From the human T2T-CHM13v2.0 reference genome, Homo sapiens: a stretch of DNA of 64,000 nt. Where the stretch lies: NCBI RefSeq assembly GCF_009914755.1, contig NC_060947.1; one strand, written 5' to 3'. The notes beneath the pieces are model-generated. The model did no database searches. It was not told where the DNA came from and saw nothing but the letters and a program-made list of their open reading frames with translations. The position numbers and the translations under genes are program-made. Within the stretch, counting starts at the first letter, position 1. Each line of letters opens with the position of its first letter. Positions 27,912-48,220 of this stretch are shown piece by piece.

Positions 27912-28871
27912 TAGTATGCAAAGTTTTTACGCATTTAACTTCTATCAATCAGCCTCTCCTGACCTATTTCCTAGGTGATTGCCTTGGATTTCTAGGATGT
28001 CAGTTCCTTAAGAGAAAGATAGTTTTCCACTTTCTTTGTTAACAAAATACACCGATAAGTTATCTTCCCTCTCCAAATTGTTTAGGACAATGAATATGGC
28101 CTCAGGGTCTTTACACGGTTCTATGTGGCCAGGAGAAAACCTGCGGGACTGAGCGTTCCTTCCCTGCCACTCAAGAAAGGGAGTGTGTGACCTGGGTCGC
28201 TTTAAAAAAAAAATTTTTTTAAACATGCTATGTATAGAAAGGAAATGTAGCTCCAGTTCAATGAAAATTTTCACAAACGGTGAGTATTGACCTATTTAAG
28301 GAACAGACAGTGCCAAAAAGATTCTGACACTGACTTATGTATTTAGACTCTGGCCCTGCAGAGCTACATCTCATCCTTGCATCTACAGGGCTGCTTATGG
28401 CAATCACCATGACTCTCTGCCTTAGGGGCTTTTTGCCTTACAGTTGGAACATGCTGGATATGACCCAAGGCCAACTGGAGGTCTTGAACTCCTGGGCTCA
28501 AGCGATCCACTCCCCTCAGCCTTCCAAAGTGCTGGGATTATAGGTGAGAGCCACTGTGCCTGACCTAGTATGCAAAGTTTTTATGCATTTAACTTCTCTC
28601 AATCAGCCTCTCCTGGTCTATTTCCTAGGTGATTGACTTGGATTTCTAGGATGTCAATTCCTTAAAAGAAAGACAGTTTTCCACTTTCTTTGTTAATAAA
28701 ATACACCAATATGTTCTCTTCCCTCTCCAAATTGTTTAGAACACTGAACACGGCCTCAGGGTGTTCAGAACCATGTAAAGCATGGTTCTACGGGGGCTAG
28801 GAGAAAACCTGGAGGAGTGAGCCTTCCTTCCCTGCCACTCAAGAAAGGGAGTGTGCGACCTGGGTCACTTT
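27826..28871 (+). repeat. Complex local duplication B-A'-B'
   Basis: 27826-28204 is repeated at 28481-28871. The intervening 28221-28482 copies 25612-25873. Confidence 0.95.
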
Positions 28872-29233
28872 ACAGTAACGTCAATTTCCTCCGTTCTTAC
28901 ATAAGACTGAGTGGGCAGCCAGTGTGGAGGCAAGCCACATCTCATAATAGTCATTTTAGTTCCTCATGAGAACCACACTGCAAAAAACACAAAGCGCTGT
29001 CCTCACCGTTATCCCTCTGACAGCCTGGAAAATCCATGTCCAGCATCTAGACAATACCCACATGGGTCACACTTTAATGGCAACAATGTAGTTATTCTAG
29101 ATCAGAGACTTGGAAGGGAATATGGCTTGAGACATATGAGTATGTCTCAAGGAACTGGTCCAGTTTTAGCATAAGATTTTCCAAAGCATTAAAAGCCCAC
29201 CTGCATCCCAGGTCCACAGAATAAAGGTGTGAA

Positions 29234-29287
29234 GCTGCACTGCATTGAGCTTTGGGAGGGGCTCCACTGCACTGAGCTTTGGGAGGG
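29234..29287. repeat. 27-bp tandem duplication (2 copies)
   Basis: gctgcactgcattgagctttgggaggg and gctccactgcactgagctttgggaggg differ at 2 positions. Confidence 0.9.
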
Positions 29288-29678
29288 TTTAGATAAGTGT
29301 GGGAGACACAGCAATGTTTAATTGCAGTGTTCAATTTCTGCAACTAAACACTCCATTTACATGAATTGTGTATTATAGGAGGAGTACTTGCAGAGTCATG
29401 ACCAAAGATGGATGCAAGATTGAGAAGCAGGTAGGAAGTTTGACCTGGAACTAATTCCTGGATTGGAACATGGCGGACAAAGTTGCTGATCACTACCCAG
29501 GGGACAAGGCAAGATGCAATGGGTGCTGTTTATTTACAGAAAGGAGAAATTTTAATGGATTTTATACAAGCCAGGAACAAGCTCTGAGGCCAGGGTAGTT
29601 GAGGGTTCTGTCTAGGAAGGAGACATGCAGATGGCACCCAGCCACAGGATATACCCACCTCCTCTCCCAGCAACTTCC

Positions 29679-29923
29679 ACTCACCTTATTCAGGCTTGAA
29701 CCAGAAGGAAGCCAGGCATGGTGGCCAGTGTTTGAATCTTGCAGACTGTTGGCACTAGGTTCTGAGGACAATTGTGAGTCACCATAGTGACTATGACTTC
29801 ACTTGGTGCTGAACCAATCAGGCCCTGGGACTCAAGGAAAGAGAGGGAGTGCCAAGCTGTTACTGTTTACCCTCTGGCCCAGATCTTTCTTCAGAAGAAA
29901 CCTGAGTGGTCTCACAGGTAAAA
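29679..29923. promoter_or_regulatory. Candidate bidirectional promoter with divergent first-exon splice donors
   Basis: X-box-like palindrome GTCACCATAGTGAC (29778-29791) overlapping TGAGTCA (29775-29781), and CCAATCA at 29814-29820. Minus-strand donor AAG|GTGAGT (GT at 29684-29683) and plus-strand donor CAG|GTAAAA (GT at 29918-29919). Motif evidence only. Confidence 0.45.
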
Positions 29924-30061
29924 TATCCTGATATACCAAGATCATAGAGCATCCTTTTGTGCCATTAACTAACTAACCTACCTGATAAACCCCAACCCTG
30001 TTTGGTAATGGGGGGAGGTTATCAAAGAGTCATTTGTTCAAACTGATACAGAGACACTACA

Positions 30062-30200
30062 GAGCAGTGGGTAAAAGCAGAAGCTTCAGATACAGGCTTT
30101 CTCAGTTCCAATCTCACCTCTCTGTCACTTGGGCAAGTCTTTTAGTCTCTCTTGGGAGGTCAAAATAGAGAACACAGTGAGCATCCACCCCTAGCCTTGG
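30062..30200 (+). mobile_element. MIR fragment
   Basis: gcagtgggtaaaagca...gttccaatctcacctc...cttgggcaagtctttt. Confidence 0.5.
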
Positions 30201-30930
30201 CACTGTGCTAGATTCAAATGAAATGCAGAACTGGGTTTTTGGGGATGAGGCAGGGCCAGGCATCAGAGGTGAGTACAATCTTTAAGCCACTGTGATTACG
30301 TTCCCAGGATGGAAAATCAGCAGGATGGACCTTAGAAACAGAAACTCGGTAGTACTTGAGAATGTCCAGTTTATCTCTTACACAGGGGTTTGGAGTAAGA
30401 TTCATACCTGCTTCACCAGTGATTTTCAAAGGAGGCAAATCCTATTTGAAGCTAAAGTCACATAAAGAGATTTGGAATGAGGAAACAAATTATAGCAGCC
30501 TGCAAGTTGTAGAATGAAGAAATGCAAATGTAAAGTACTGAACTTTGTCATGGATAGATTTACCAAAGAGAATTACTCTGCATAACATGAATAATGGAGT
30601 TCAGAAGGAAGCCCATATCCCAGGTACAGGGAAAACTCAGAGGTGAGAAGAGGCAGCTCTGAAAAAGAGCAACATAGAATTGAGTTAAAATTAGTGTGGA
30701 TATAAGAATTACAATGACATTTGAGCTATGAGGTAGTGTTTTGAGTACAATCTAACAAGCCTGTGTGTGTCAGGTAATGATTAGAGGGATGCAATAGTGT
30801 GTCTTTAATGTCCCGGGTCCCATCAGGCTGCTGCACAGCCCCATGTGTAAGACAGATAGAAGAAACAATATGGTTGGTGCTTCAAATCAGATGATGACCC
30901 AAAGCAATCTCCTGTGACTACTGCTGGTAG

Positions 30931-31275
<345 letters not shown>

Positions 31276-31371
31276 AGCAACTCTAGGGTGGACATGGCCT
31301 TGGACAAAAAGTCATGTGGCTTACGTGCTGAAGCCTGCCCATATTTTTGAGAAATTAAATATAATTAGAAC

Positions 31372-31377
31372 AATAAA
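31372..31377 (+). terminator. Polyadenylation signal of the ETD gene
   Basis: AATAAA 96 nt after the stop, with GT-rich sequence further downstream. The paralog has the same signal at the homologous position. Confidence 0.7.
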
Positions 31378-34300
31378 CTCCTCCCATGTTTGAGTCATTA
31401 AAACAGAGTCTGTCATTTCACTCCTTGAGGTTGGATGTGTGTTTGCTGACAGGGTGTTCTTGGGTTACACTGGAAGGGGCTTCTGTTCATCCTAACACGC
31501 TGTGCAGGGGTGCTTAGACCCAGGGGAGAGGGTGAGATCATGCTGCACACCAGATCTCTCCCACCATCAATCTGAAAAACACTGCAAAGTCAAAGTGATG
31601 TAGTACTTGGCATTTAAGGACCAAAGACTCTTCTCCCTAGCCATTTTGAAGAGACTGCCCTGGTGTTCCCCTCTAAAACCCAATGCTTGTCCTAGTGAAA
31701 AGACATTGTTTAAGAGCAGACCAACAGTTGGCCTGGGGGTTTGGGATATGTTTTAATACTGCCAATGTCATATCCACAGAGCCTTCCAGAGGCAACCGCT
31801 CTGCCCTTTGTCCCCAGGAAAGTATAGAATGCTCTGGTCACTTTTTTGTGTCATGTCAAACAAACCTGCTCAGGCCACAGCCAAAGATAATTCATTTGAC
31901 TGAAATGAAGCCACCTGGTAGGACAACAACACACATGAGATGGCTCCCATTGAAGAAGCTCTGTCCCCAAGGAATGTGCTGAGCAAGTCAGATACTCATT
32001 CTGAGAAACCTGAAATGGGAACTATGTGGGCAATTGGTCACTGACAAGTGAGAGTTAAAGCTGAAGAGGGGACAGGGAGAGCAAAGAGGTCAGAGCCGTG
32101 GCAAACATGGGCAAGCCTAAGTGAGGAGTAAGATGAAATTTACATAAGGTGAACCATTAAAGCCATCACAGATTCCAAGCATTTCTCTTGTCCTTTCACG
32201 TGAGCTGCAAAATAAGCCCCTGCAAGCAGTCCTCTGTCCCCTCTTCCCCTCCTCCCCAATTCCCTGTGTTCTCACAACCTGTCCAGCATTCCCCAAGGCC
32301 CCTTCCTGTGTCCCCTCCCCCGCCTACATCTAAGGGGCTGTTACTCTCTCTTCCCTTAGCCAGGTCTCTTCCAGATTTTTTATGTGGTACGAAGTTAAAC
32401 TGCTCTATGTCCTTTTCACTGTCCTCTTTGTCCCTGTCACCTTCTCTGTCCCTGCACTGATGCAGCATCGCCAAAAAAGAGCCACCAGCCTCTCCTCAGA
32501 GGACGCAGCTGGCTGTAGGATGGAGAGGAGGGGTTAGAGGCTGCCAGGTAGAGGGGCCTCCTGGGTGCACCGTTGGGAGGAACGCTGCCTGGACACTGCT
32601 ATGTCGGTGACTATTTACCTGCAGCCCAGCATCAAACAGTGGCTGTGAGGTGGAGAATAGGTGGGGAATGGAGGCTGAAAGGGCAGCAGGTAGGGCAAGA
32701 AGGAGCCAAACCCACAGGAGCAGAGGCCAATAACAGCCAACCTCCTACACTCCATGGCCACACAACAGAAGAGACAGAATTTAGGATACAGAGTTATGTG
32801 TGGATAAATCTCACCATCATACTGAGTGAGAAAACAAGTAGCACAGAATTATGTACCAAAGAGAAACCCAACTGTGCCAAGCAGTACTTGGGTATATACA
32901 TAGACAGTAAAGTTATCCAAACTAGAGCAGCAGCACATTCAAGTGGAACTCTGTCCACTTTCCGACTTGACTAGTGCCCCAAAACAATTGGTACCAACTA
33001 TTTCCCATCTTGCAAGGAGTTGCCTAACAATGGAGGCCTGGTAAAGAAGGTAATCACAATCATGTGACCTCTGACCACTCACTCACCTACAGGTGTCTAC
33101 TCACACTGGAAGTCTGGGTGGGTTGGAGACCAGAGAGGCATGCTTCCCAGGGATTGGAGGCTGTGCCGAGTTTAAACGAGGAAAACTTCCTACACTTCAA
33201 ATTCACTGGAAGGTTGGGGCTACTCAGTGTTCACCTAGAGAACTTGACTTTTGTTTCCAGAAGTGACACTCACAAGGAAGAAATTCAGGAGGAAAGTGGC
33301 TGTAGGAGAGGGAGAGAAGATTTGGCCAAAATTCCTCTGAAGAGATTTTTCTCAGGAGATCTTAGTGGCGGCCAAATGTAACCTTCTCGGGACGGGGAAG
33401 GGGGTGGGAATCTGGATGCAGCTGACTCACAGGAATCAGAGGCTGACTGGAGACCATGCACACAGTGTCAGGAGACACTCTCTTCTTCTACTCTTTCATT
33501 TCTAGCTGCTGCCTCTCATTGCTCAAATCACTAACCAGACAGCCAGGAAGCCAAGGTGATGTCTTCCATGGTATCAGCCTTCTGGAACACACAGCCCTGC
33601 AGAGAAGCATATATCTAGTTGGACAAACTGAGAAGAATCAAATCAATTCACCACTTTTTTCTACTTCCATTACTGTTCCACCACTGTTGCTTTAATCAGA
33701 GGAATAAAACCCTTGCCCAACACATGGTAGCATACACAGTGTTGTGAGCCATCTTATCATAACAGATGAGGTCAATTTGATTATAATACCATGTGGAACC
33801 TAAGTTGTAACTCTAATGGTTACAAGAAAGTTTCCTACACATTCACATTGACTGGGTGAAGGGAAAGTCACCTTGGCAGGGGATAGATGAAGATGGCAGA
33901 ATAGAAACCTACACCACTCATCCCATCTCCCTTCACTGGAACACCAGATTTTAACGACTATCTGCACACAAAAAACACTGCCACAAGAACCAAGAATTAG
34001 GTGAGCAATCACATCACCTGGTTTTAACTTCATATCACTGAAAGAGGCATTGCACAGGGCAAGAGAGGTAGTCTGGAACCACCAATGCTACCCCTCCTCC
34101 ATCCACCAGCGTGGAGAGTCTGTGCACTTTGGGGAGGGAGAGTGCAGCAAGTGGGGGACTTTACCTTGAACTCAATGCTGCCCTATCACAGCTGAAAACA
34201 AATCCATGCAGGGTGCAGCCAGTGCCCACACACAGGTGTGTGTGTGGGGGGGTGCATTTGGACCAGCCCTCGCCAGAAGAATCACCCTTCCCATCAGTTG

Positions 34301-35627
34301 AAACTTGAGCTTCTTCTCAAGCCTCGCCACTGTGGGCAAAAGCGCTCTAGAGTCCTGTGTAAACTTAAAAGGCAGTCTAGGACACAACGACTGCAGTTTC
34401 TAAGGAAATCCTAGTGCTGGACTGGGCTTACAACCAGTGAACTCAGGTGGCACGTGACCTAGGGAGACAGCAGCTGACATGACTAGCGGAGCCCTTGTGC
34501 CATCCCTCCTCCAACCCCTGGTAGTGCAGCTCATAGCAATTAAAACGTCCCCTTACTTCTGCTTAAGGAGAGGAGAGTGAATAAAGGTAGTCCTTTATAG
34601 CAGTATAAAAATGGACTAACACATTAAAGGGGACATTATGTTGCATCTTTGATACCAGCTGAATCACAGTAGAATAGGGCACTGGGCAGAGTTGTAAGGC
34701 TCCTTTTCCAGGCCCTAGCTCCTGGGTGACATTTCTAGATGCACACTAGGCCAGAAGGGAGCCCATTGCCTTGAAGGAAAGGACCCAGTCCTGGCAGGAC
34801 CTATCACCTGCTGACTAAAGAGCCCTTGGGCACTGAATAACACCCAGCGAGATGCAGGGAGTAAGCCATGGGCCTTGGGCTCTGAGGCGTGCTGACTTCA
34901 GGGATGACCCAGCGTCCTCCCAGCTATGGTGAAGGACTCCTTCCATTTGAAACAAGAACAGAGAAAAGTAAAGGGGACTTTGTATTAGACCCTAAGTACC
35001 AGCTCAGCCAGTGCAGTAGAGCAAGAAGCAGGCTGTTGGGGTCCTCGAGTCCAGGCCTCAGCTCTTAGCATTTCTGGACCCGCCCTGGGCCATACGGGAG
35101 CCCACTGCCCTGCAGAGTGAGCCCCAGGCCTGGTAGCATTCACTACAAGCTGATGGAAGAGCCCTTGGGCTTTAAGTGAACATCAGTGATGGCCTGACAG
35201 AACTCCCCATGGACCAGTGGTGATGGTGGCCACAGGGAGAGACTCCTATACTTTTGCAAAGGGGAGGGAAGAGTGGGAAAACTGTATCGTAGTTGGAGCG
35301 CCAGCTTAGCTGCAGTCGAACAAAACAAAAGGTAAATTGCGAAGGTATTTTACTCTAATCCCTGGCTCCCAGACTGCATCTCTGGACATACCCAGAACCT
35401 GGGGGAACTCCCTGCCTTGAAGGGAATGACCTTGGGCAAGGCCCACTGCTGTGATGGCTTCACGTCAGGCCCAGTACAGTCCCAGTGGTGGTAGCCACAG
35501 AGGACTTGCATCACCACAAGCCAGTGCCAGGTGTTCAGCACAGAGCACCATACTCCATTTGCATGGCATCTGTTTCTGGAGGAGGGGAGGTCTCCGCATG
35601 GCAATCCAAGGAATTCTTAGAGATCTT

Positions 35628-41778
<6,151 letters not shown>

Positions 41779-41848
41779 AGAGATCTTATCTAAGACCACC
41801 AAGGTGGTGCCTCTATGAGTCTTCATCCCTTCAAATTCCTTAGAATGG

Positions 41849-42216
41849 TGTGTTAGTTCATTTTCACACTGCTATAAAGAGCTACCTGAGACTGGGCAAT
41901 TTATGAAGAAAAGAGGATTAATTGACTCACAGTTCTTCAGGCTTAACTGGAAACGTGACTTGGAGGCCTCAGGAAACTTACACTCATAGCAGAAGGGGAA
42001 GCAAGCACATGGTGGAGCAGGAGAGACAGACAGCAAAGGAGGGAGTGCCACACATTTTTAAACCATCAGATCTCATGAGAACTCACTATCACGAGAAGAG
42101 CAGGGGCAAAATCCGCCCCCATGATCCAATCACCTCCCACAAGGCCCCTCCTTTAACATGTGGCTATTACAATTCAACATGACGTGTGGGTGCGGCCACA
42201 GAGCCAAACCATAATA
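41849..42216 (-). mobile_element. MaLR solo LTR (MSTA/THE1-like)
   Basis: tgtgttagttcattttcacactgctataaag...gagccaaaccataata, with a 5-bp TSD aatgg/aatgc. Confidence 0.9.
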
Positions 42217-42757
42217 AATGCCTTCCCCAGAAGGACAAGCACAAACAAGCCCAGTCTGCATAGACTACAATGAATACCTAACTTTGCAATGCCTAGACAC
42301 AGATGAACATCTACAAGCATCAACACCATCCAGAAAAACAAGACCTAAACAAATGAACTAAATAAGGCAGCAGGGACCAATTCATGAGAAACAGAGATAT
42401 GTGGCATTTCAGACAAAGAATTAAACATTAGCTGTTTTGAGAAAAATAAATTCAAAATAACACAGAGAAGGAATTCAGAATTCTAGCAGATAAATTTCAC
42501 AAAAGATTGAAATAATTAAAAAAGAATGAAGCAGAAATTCTAGAGTTGAAAAATGCAAATGACATCATGAAGAATGCATCAGTCTCTTAATAGCAGAATT
42601 TATCAAGCAGAAGAAATAATTAGTGAATCTGAAGACAGGATGTTTGAAAATACATAATCAGAGGAGACAAAAGAAAAAATAATAAAAAACAGTGAAGAAT
42701 GCCTACAGGATCTAGAAAATAGCCTCAAAAGAACAAATCTAAGAGTTATTGGCCTTA

Positions 42758-43051
<294 letters not shown>

Positions 43052-46000
43052 AAGAGTTATTGGCCTTAAAGAGGATGTAGAAAGAGAGACAGGGGTAGAA
43101 AGTTCATTCAAAGGGGTAATATCAGAGAATTTCTCAAAGGTAGAGAAGAATGTCAACATCCAAGTACAAGAAGGCTATAGAACACCAAGCAGGTTTAACC
43201 TAAAGAAGACTACCTCAAAGCATTTAATAATCAAGCTCTCAGAGGTCAAATATAAAGAAGGGATCCTATACACAGCAAGAGAAAAGAAACAAATAACGTA
43301 CAATGGAGTGCCAATACATCTGGAAGCAGACTTTTCGATGGAAACCTTATAGGCCAGGAGACAGTGGCATGACATATTTAAAGTGGTAAAGGAAATAAAG
43401 TTTTACCCTAGAATAAAAGCACATAGGCAAAACTGTCCTTTAAGCATGAAGAAGAAATAAAGACCTTCCCAGACAAACAAAAGCTGAGAGACTTCATAAA
43501 CACCAGGCCTCTACTACAGGAAATACTAAACAGAGTTCTTCAATCTGAAAGAAAATGATGGTAATGAGCAAGAAGAAAACATCAGCAGGTACAAAACTCA
43601 CTGGTATTAGTAAGCTCACAGAAAAACATAGACTACTATAGCACCGTAATTGTGTTATGTAAACTACAGTTGACATAAGTAGAAAGACTAAATGATGAAT
43701 GAAAGAAAATAATAACTGCAACAACTTTTCAAGACAGGGACAGTAGAATAAGACATAACAAGAAACAATAAAAACTTAAAAAGCAGAGGGATGAAGTTAA
43801 AGTGTTGAATTATTATTAGTTTTCTTTTTGCATGCTTGCTTGTTTATGCAATCAGTATTAAGTTCTCATCAGTTCAAAATAATGGGTTATAAGATAGTAT
43901 TTTTGAGCCTCATGGTAACCTCAAATCAAAAAACATATAACACATACACAAAAATAAAATGCAAGAAATTAAAACATACACCAGAGAAAATCACCTTCAC
44001 TAAGAGGAAGACAGGAAGGAAAGAAAGAAGGAAGAGAAGACCACAAAACAACCAGAAAACAAATAACAAAATTGCAGAAGTAAGTTCCTATTTATCAATA
44101 ATAACAATGAATGTAAATTGGCTAAACTCTTCAATCAAAAGACATAGAGTAGCTGAATGAATGAAAAAACAAGACCCAATCATCTGTTGCCTGCAAGAAA
44201 CATACTTCACTCATAAATATACACACAGACTGAAAATAAAAAGATGTAAAAAGATATTCCACGCCAGTTGAAGCCCAAAAAGAACAAGAGTAGCCACACT
44301 TGTATTGGACAAAAGAGGTTTCAGGGAAAACCCTATAAAAAGAGACAAGGAAGGTCCTTATGTAATGATAAAGGGGTCAATTCAGCAAGAGCATATAAGG
44401 ATTGTAAATATATATGCATCCAACACTGGAGCACCCAGATATGTAAGGCAAATATTATTAGAGATAAAGAAATATATAGACCCCAATACAATTATAGCTG
44501 GAGACTTCAACATCCCAACTTCAGCATTAGACAGATCTCCCAGACTGAAAATCAACAAAGAAACATCAAAGTTAATCTGCACTATAGAACAAATGGACTT
44601 AATAGATATTTACAGAACATTTCATCCAATGGCTGCAGAATACAATCTTTTCCTCGACACATGGATCATTCTCAAGGGTAGGTCACAAAACAAGTCTTAA
44701 AACAATCATAAACATTGAAAAAATATCAAGCATCTTTTCTGACCACAATGGAATAAAACTAGAAATCAACAAGAAGATGAATTTTTGAAATTATACCAAC
44801 ACATGGAAATTAAACAGCATACCCATGAATGACCAGTGGGTCAATGAAAGAATAAAGAAGGAAATTGAAAAATTTCTTGAAAAAATGATAATGGAAGCCC
44901 AACATACCAAAACATATGGGATATAGCAAAATCAGTACCAAGAGGGAAGTTTATAGCTATAAGTGCCTATATCAAAAAAGAAGAAAAACTTCAAATAAGT
45001 AACCTAATGATGCATCTTAAAGAACTAGAAAAGCAAGAGCAAACTGAACCCAAAATTATAATAACAGAAATAATAAAAAGCAGAGCATAAATAAACGAAT
45101 GTGAAAAATGAAGAAAACAATACAAAAGACCAACGAAACAAAAGCTCAGTTTTTTTAAAAGATAAACAAAATTGGCAAACCTTTAGCCAGACTGGCTAAG
45201 AAAAAAATGGAGAAGACCCAAATAAATAAAATCAGAGATGAAAAGGGAGAGATTACAACTGATACCACAGAAATTCAAAAAATCATTAATGGCTACTATG
45301 AACAACTATTTGCCAATACATTGAAAAATCTAGAAGAAATGAATAAACTGCTAGACATATCCAACCTACAAAGATTAAACAAGGAAGAAATCCAAAACCT
45401 GAGCAGATCAACAACAAGTAAGGAGCAAAAAGCTGTCAGGAAAAGTGTCCCAGCAAAGAAAAATCCAGGACACAATATTTCAGTGCTGAATTCTATCAAA
45501 CATTTAAAGAAGAATTAATATCTCTTCTACTCAAAACTGTTCTGAAAAGTAGTGAAGGGAACACATCCAAACTCATTCTGCAAGACCAGTATTACCCTGA
45601 TACCAAAACTAGACAAAGATACACCAAAAAAAAAAAAAAACCTACAGACCAATATATCTGATGAGTATTAATGCAGAAATCCTCATCCAAATACCAGCAA
45701 TCAGAATTCAACAATACATTAAAAAGATCACTCATCATGAACAAGTGGGATTTATCCCAGGGATTCAAGGATGATTCAACATATACAAATCAATCAACGT
45801 GATACATCACATCAACAGAATGAAGGACAAAAACATATGATCCTTTTGATTGATGTTAAAAGTGCATTTCATAAAGTCCATATTTCTTCATGGTAAAAAT
45901 CCTCAAAAGCTGGATATAGAAGGAACATACTTCAGCATAATAAAAGCCATGTAGGACAAACCCACATCTAGTATGCTGAATGGGGAAAAATTGAAAGCCT

Positions 46001-48168
46001 TTCCTCTAAAATCTGAAACATGGCAAGGATGCCCAATGTCACCACTGTTATTCAACATAATAATGAAAGTCTTACCTAGGGCAGTCAGACAAGAGAAAGA
46101 AATAAAGGGCATTAAAATTGCAAGGGAAGAAGTCAAATCATACTTGTTTGCAGATAATATGATCTTATATTTGGAAAAAACTAAAAACTCCACCAAATAA
46201 GTATTAGGACTGATAAATTTATGAAAGTTGCACATTACAAAATCAATATACAAAAATCAGTAGCCTTTCTATATGCCAACAGTGAACAATATGAAGAAGT
46301 CAATAATTAGTCCCATTTACAATACTCAGAAATAAAATTAAATACCTAAGAATTAACCAAATAAGTGAAGCATGTCTATTATGAAAAGTATAACACAGTG
46401 ATGAAAGCAATTGAAGACAACACAAAATAATAGAAAGATATTCCATGTTCATGGATTGGAAGAATAATATCATTAAAATGTCCATACTACCCAAGGCAGC
46501 CTACAGATTCAATGCAATCCCTATTAAAACACCAATGACATTCTTCACAAAAATAGAAAAAAAAAATCCTAAAATGTTTATGGAACCACAAAAGACCCAG
46601 AAGAGCCAAAGCTGTCCTGAGCAAAAAGAAGAAAACTACAGGAATCACATTACCTGACTTCAGATTATAATACAGAGCTATAGGAATCAAAACAGCATGG
46701 TACCGGCATAAACACAGACACATAGACCAATGTAACAGAACAGGGAACACAGAAGAAAATCCACAACACCTACAGTGAGCTCATTTTTGACAAAGGTGCC
46801 AAGAACATACACTGGGGAAAAGACAGTCTGTTCAATAAATGGTGCTCGGAAACCTGGATATCCATAAACTGAAGAATGAAACTAGACCCCCTATCTCTCA
46901 CCATATACAAAAGTAAAATAAAAATGAATTAAAGACTTAAACTTAAGACCTCAAACTTGAAACTACAAACAAGAAAACATTGGGGGAAATCTCCAGGACG
47001 TTGGTCTGGGCAAAAATGTCTTGAGTAACAACCCACAAGCACAGACAACCAAAGCAAAAATGGACAAATGGGATCATATCAAGTGAAAAACCTTCTGCAC
47101 AGCAAAAGAAACAACCAACAAAGGGAAGAGACAACTCACAGAGTAGGACAAAATTTTTGCAAAGTGCCCATCTGGCAAAGGATGAATTAACCAGAACATA
47201 TAAGGAGCACAAAAATCTCTACAGGAAAAAATCAAATAATCCAGTTAAAAATGGACAAAAGATCTGAATAGACATTTCTTAAAACATACAAATGACAAAG
47301 AGACATATGAAAAGGTCCTTAACATCATTGATCATCAGAGAAATACCAATCAAAACTACATTTGGATATCATCTCACCACAGCTAACGTGTTATTTTTCC
47401 AGAAGTGAGGCAATAACAAATGCTGGTGAAGATCTGGAGAAGAGGGAACACTTCTACATCTTTGGTGGTAATATAAATTACTACGACTGCCATAGAACAC
47501 AGTTTGAAGGATACTCAAAATACTAAAAATAGAGCTACCACAGGATCCAACAATTCCACTGCTGAGTATATACAGCAAATAAAATTAGTATATCAAAGAG
47601 ATATCGGCACTCCCATGTTTATTGCCGCACTGGTCACAATAACTAAGATTTGGAAGCAACCTAAGTGTCCATCAACAGAAGAATGGATAAAGAAAATGTG
47701 GTACATAAACACAATGGATTACTATTCAGTCATAAAAAGAATGAGATTCTTTCATTTGCAACAACCTGGATAAAAGCGGAGGTCATTATGTTAAGCAAAG
47801 TAAGCCAGGCACAAAAAGATGAACATCACATGTTCTCATTTATGTATATGGTCTAAAAATCAAAACAATTGAACTCATGGATATAGAGAATAGAAGGATG
47901 GTTGCCAGAGGCTAGGAAATACAGTGAGGGAGCAGTGAGGGAGGTGGGGATGGTTAATGGGTACAAAAAAAAATAGAAAGCTAAATAAGACCTAGTATTT
48001 GATAGCACAACAGGGGGATCATAGTTGATAATAATTTAATTGTACATTTTAAAATAACTAAAATAGTATAACTGGATTGTTTATAACACAAAGAATAAAT
48101 TCTTGAGGAGATGGATACCCAATTGTTCATGATGTAATTATTATACATTGCAGGCCTCTACCAAAATA

Positions 48169-48172
<4 letters not shown>

Positions 48173-48213
<41 letters not shown>
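48173..48213. repeat. (TA)n microsatellite in the L1MA 3'UTR
   Basis: Read directly from the sequence. Confidence 0.9.

Positions 48214-48220
<7 letters not shown>

Noticed and set aside
25873-28482. A'/B' junction as a spliced retrocopy (aag|gtgaca donor to Alu cccag| acceptor)
   Set aside because: The junction lacks the 4 nt (gctg) expected after the Alu acceptor and has no poly(A) or TSD. Microhomology explains it better.
34560-35500. Diverged ~300-400-bp repeated units (cccactgccctg/ttgaagg, gagcccttggg)
   Set aside because: This is the expected internal repeat structure of old L1 5'UTRs.
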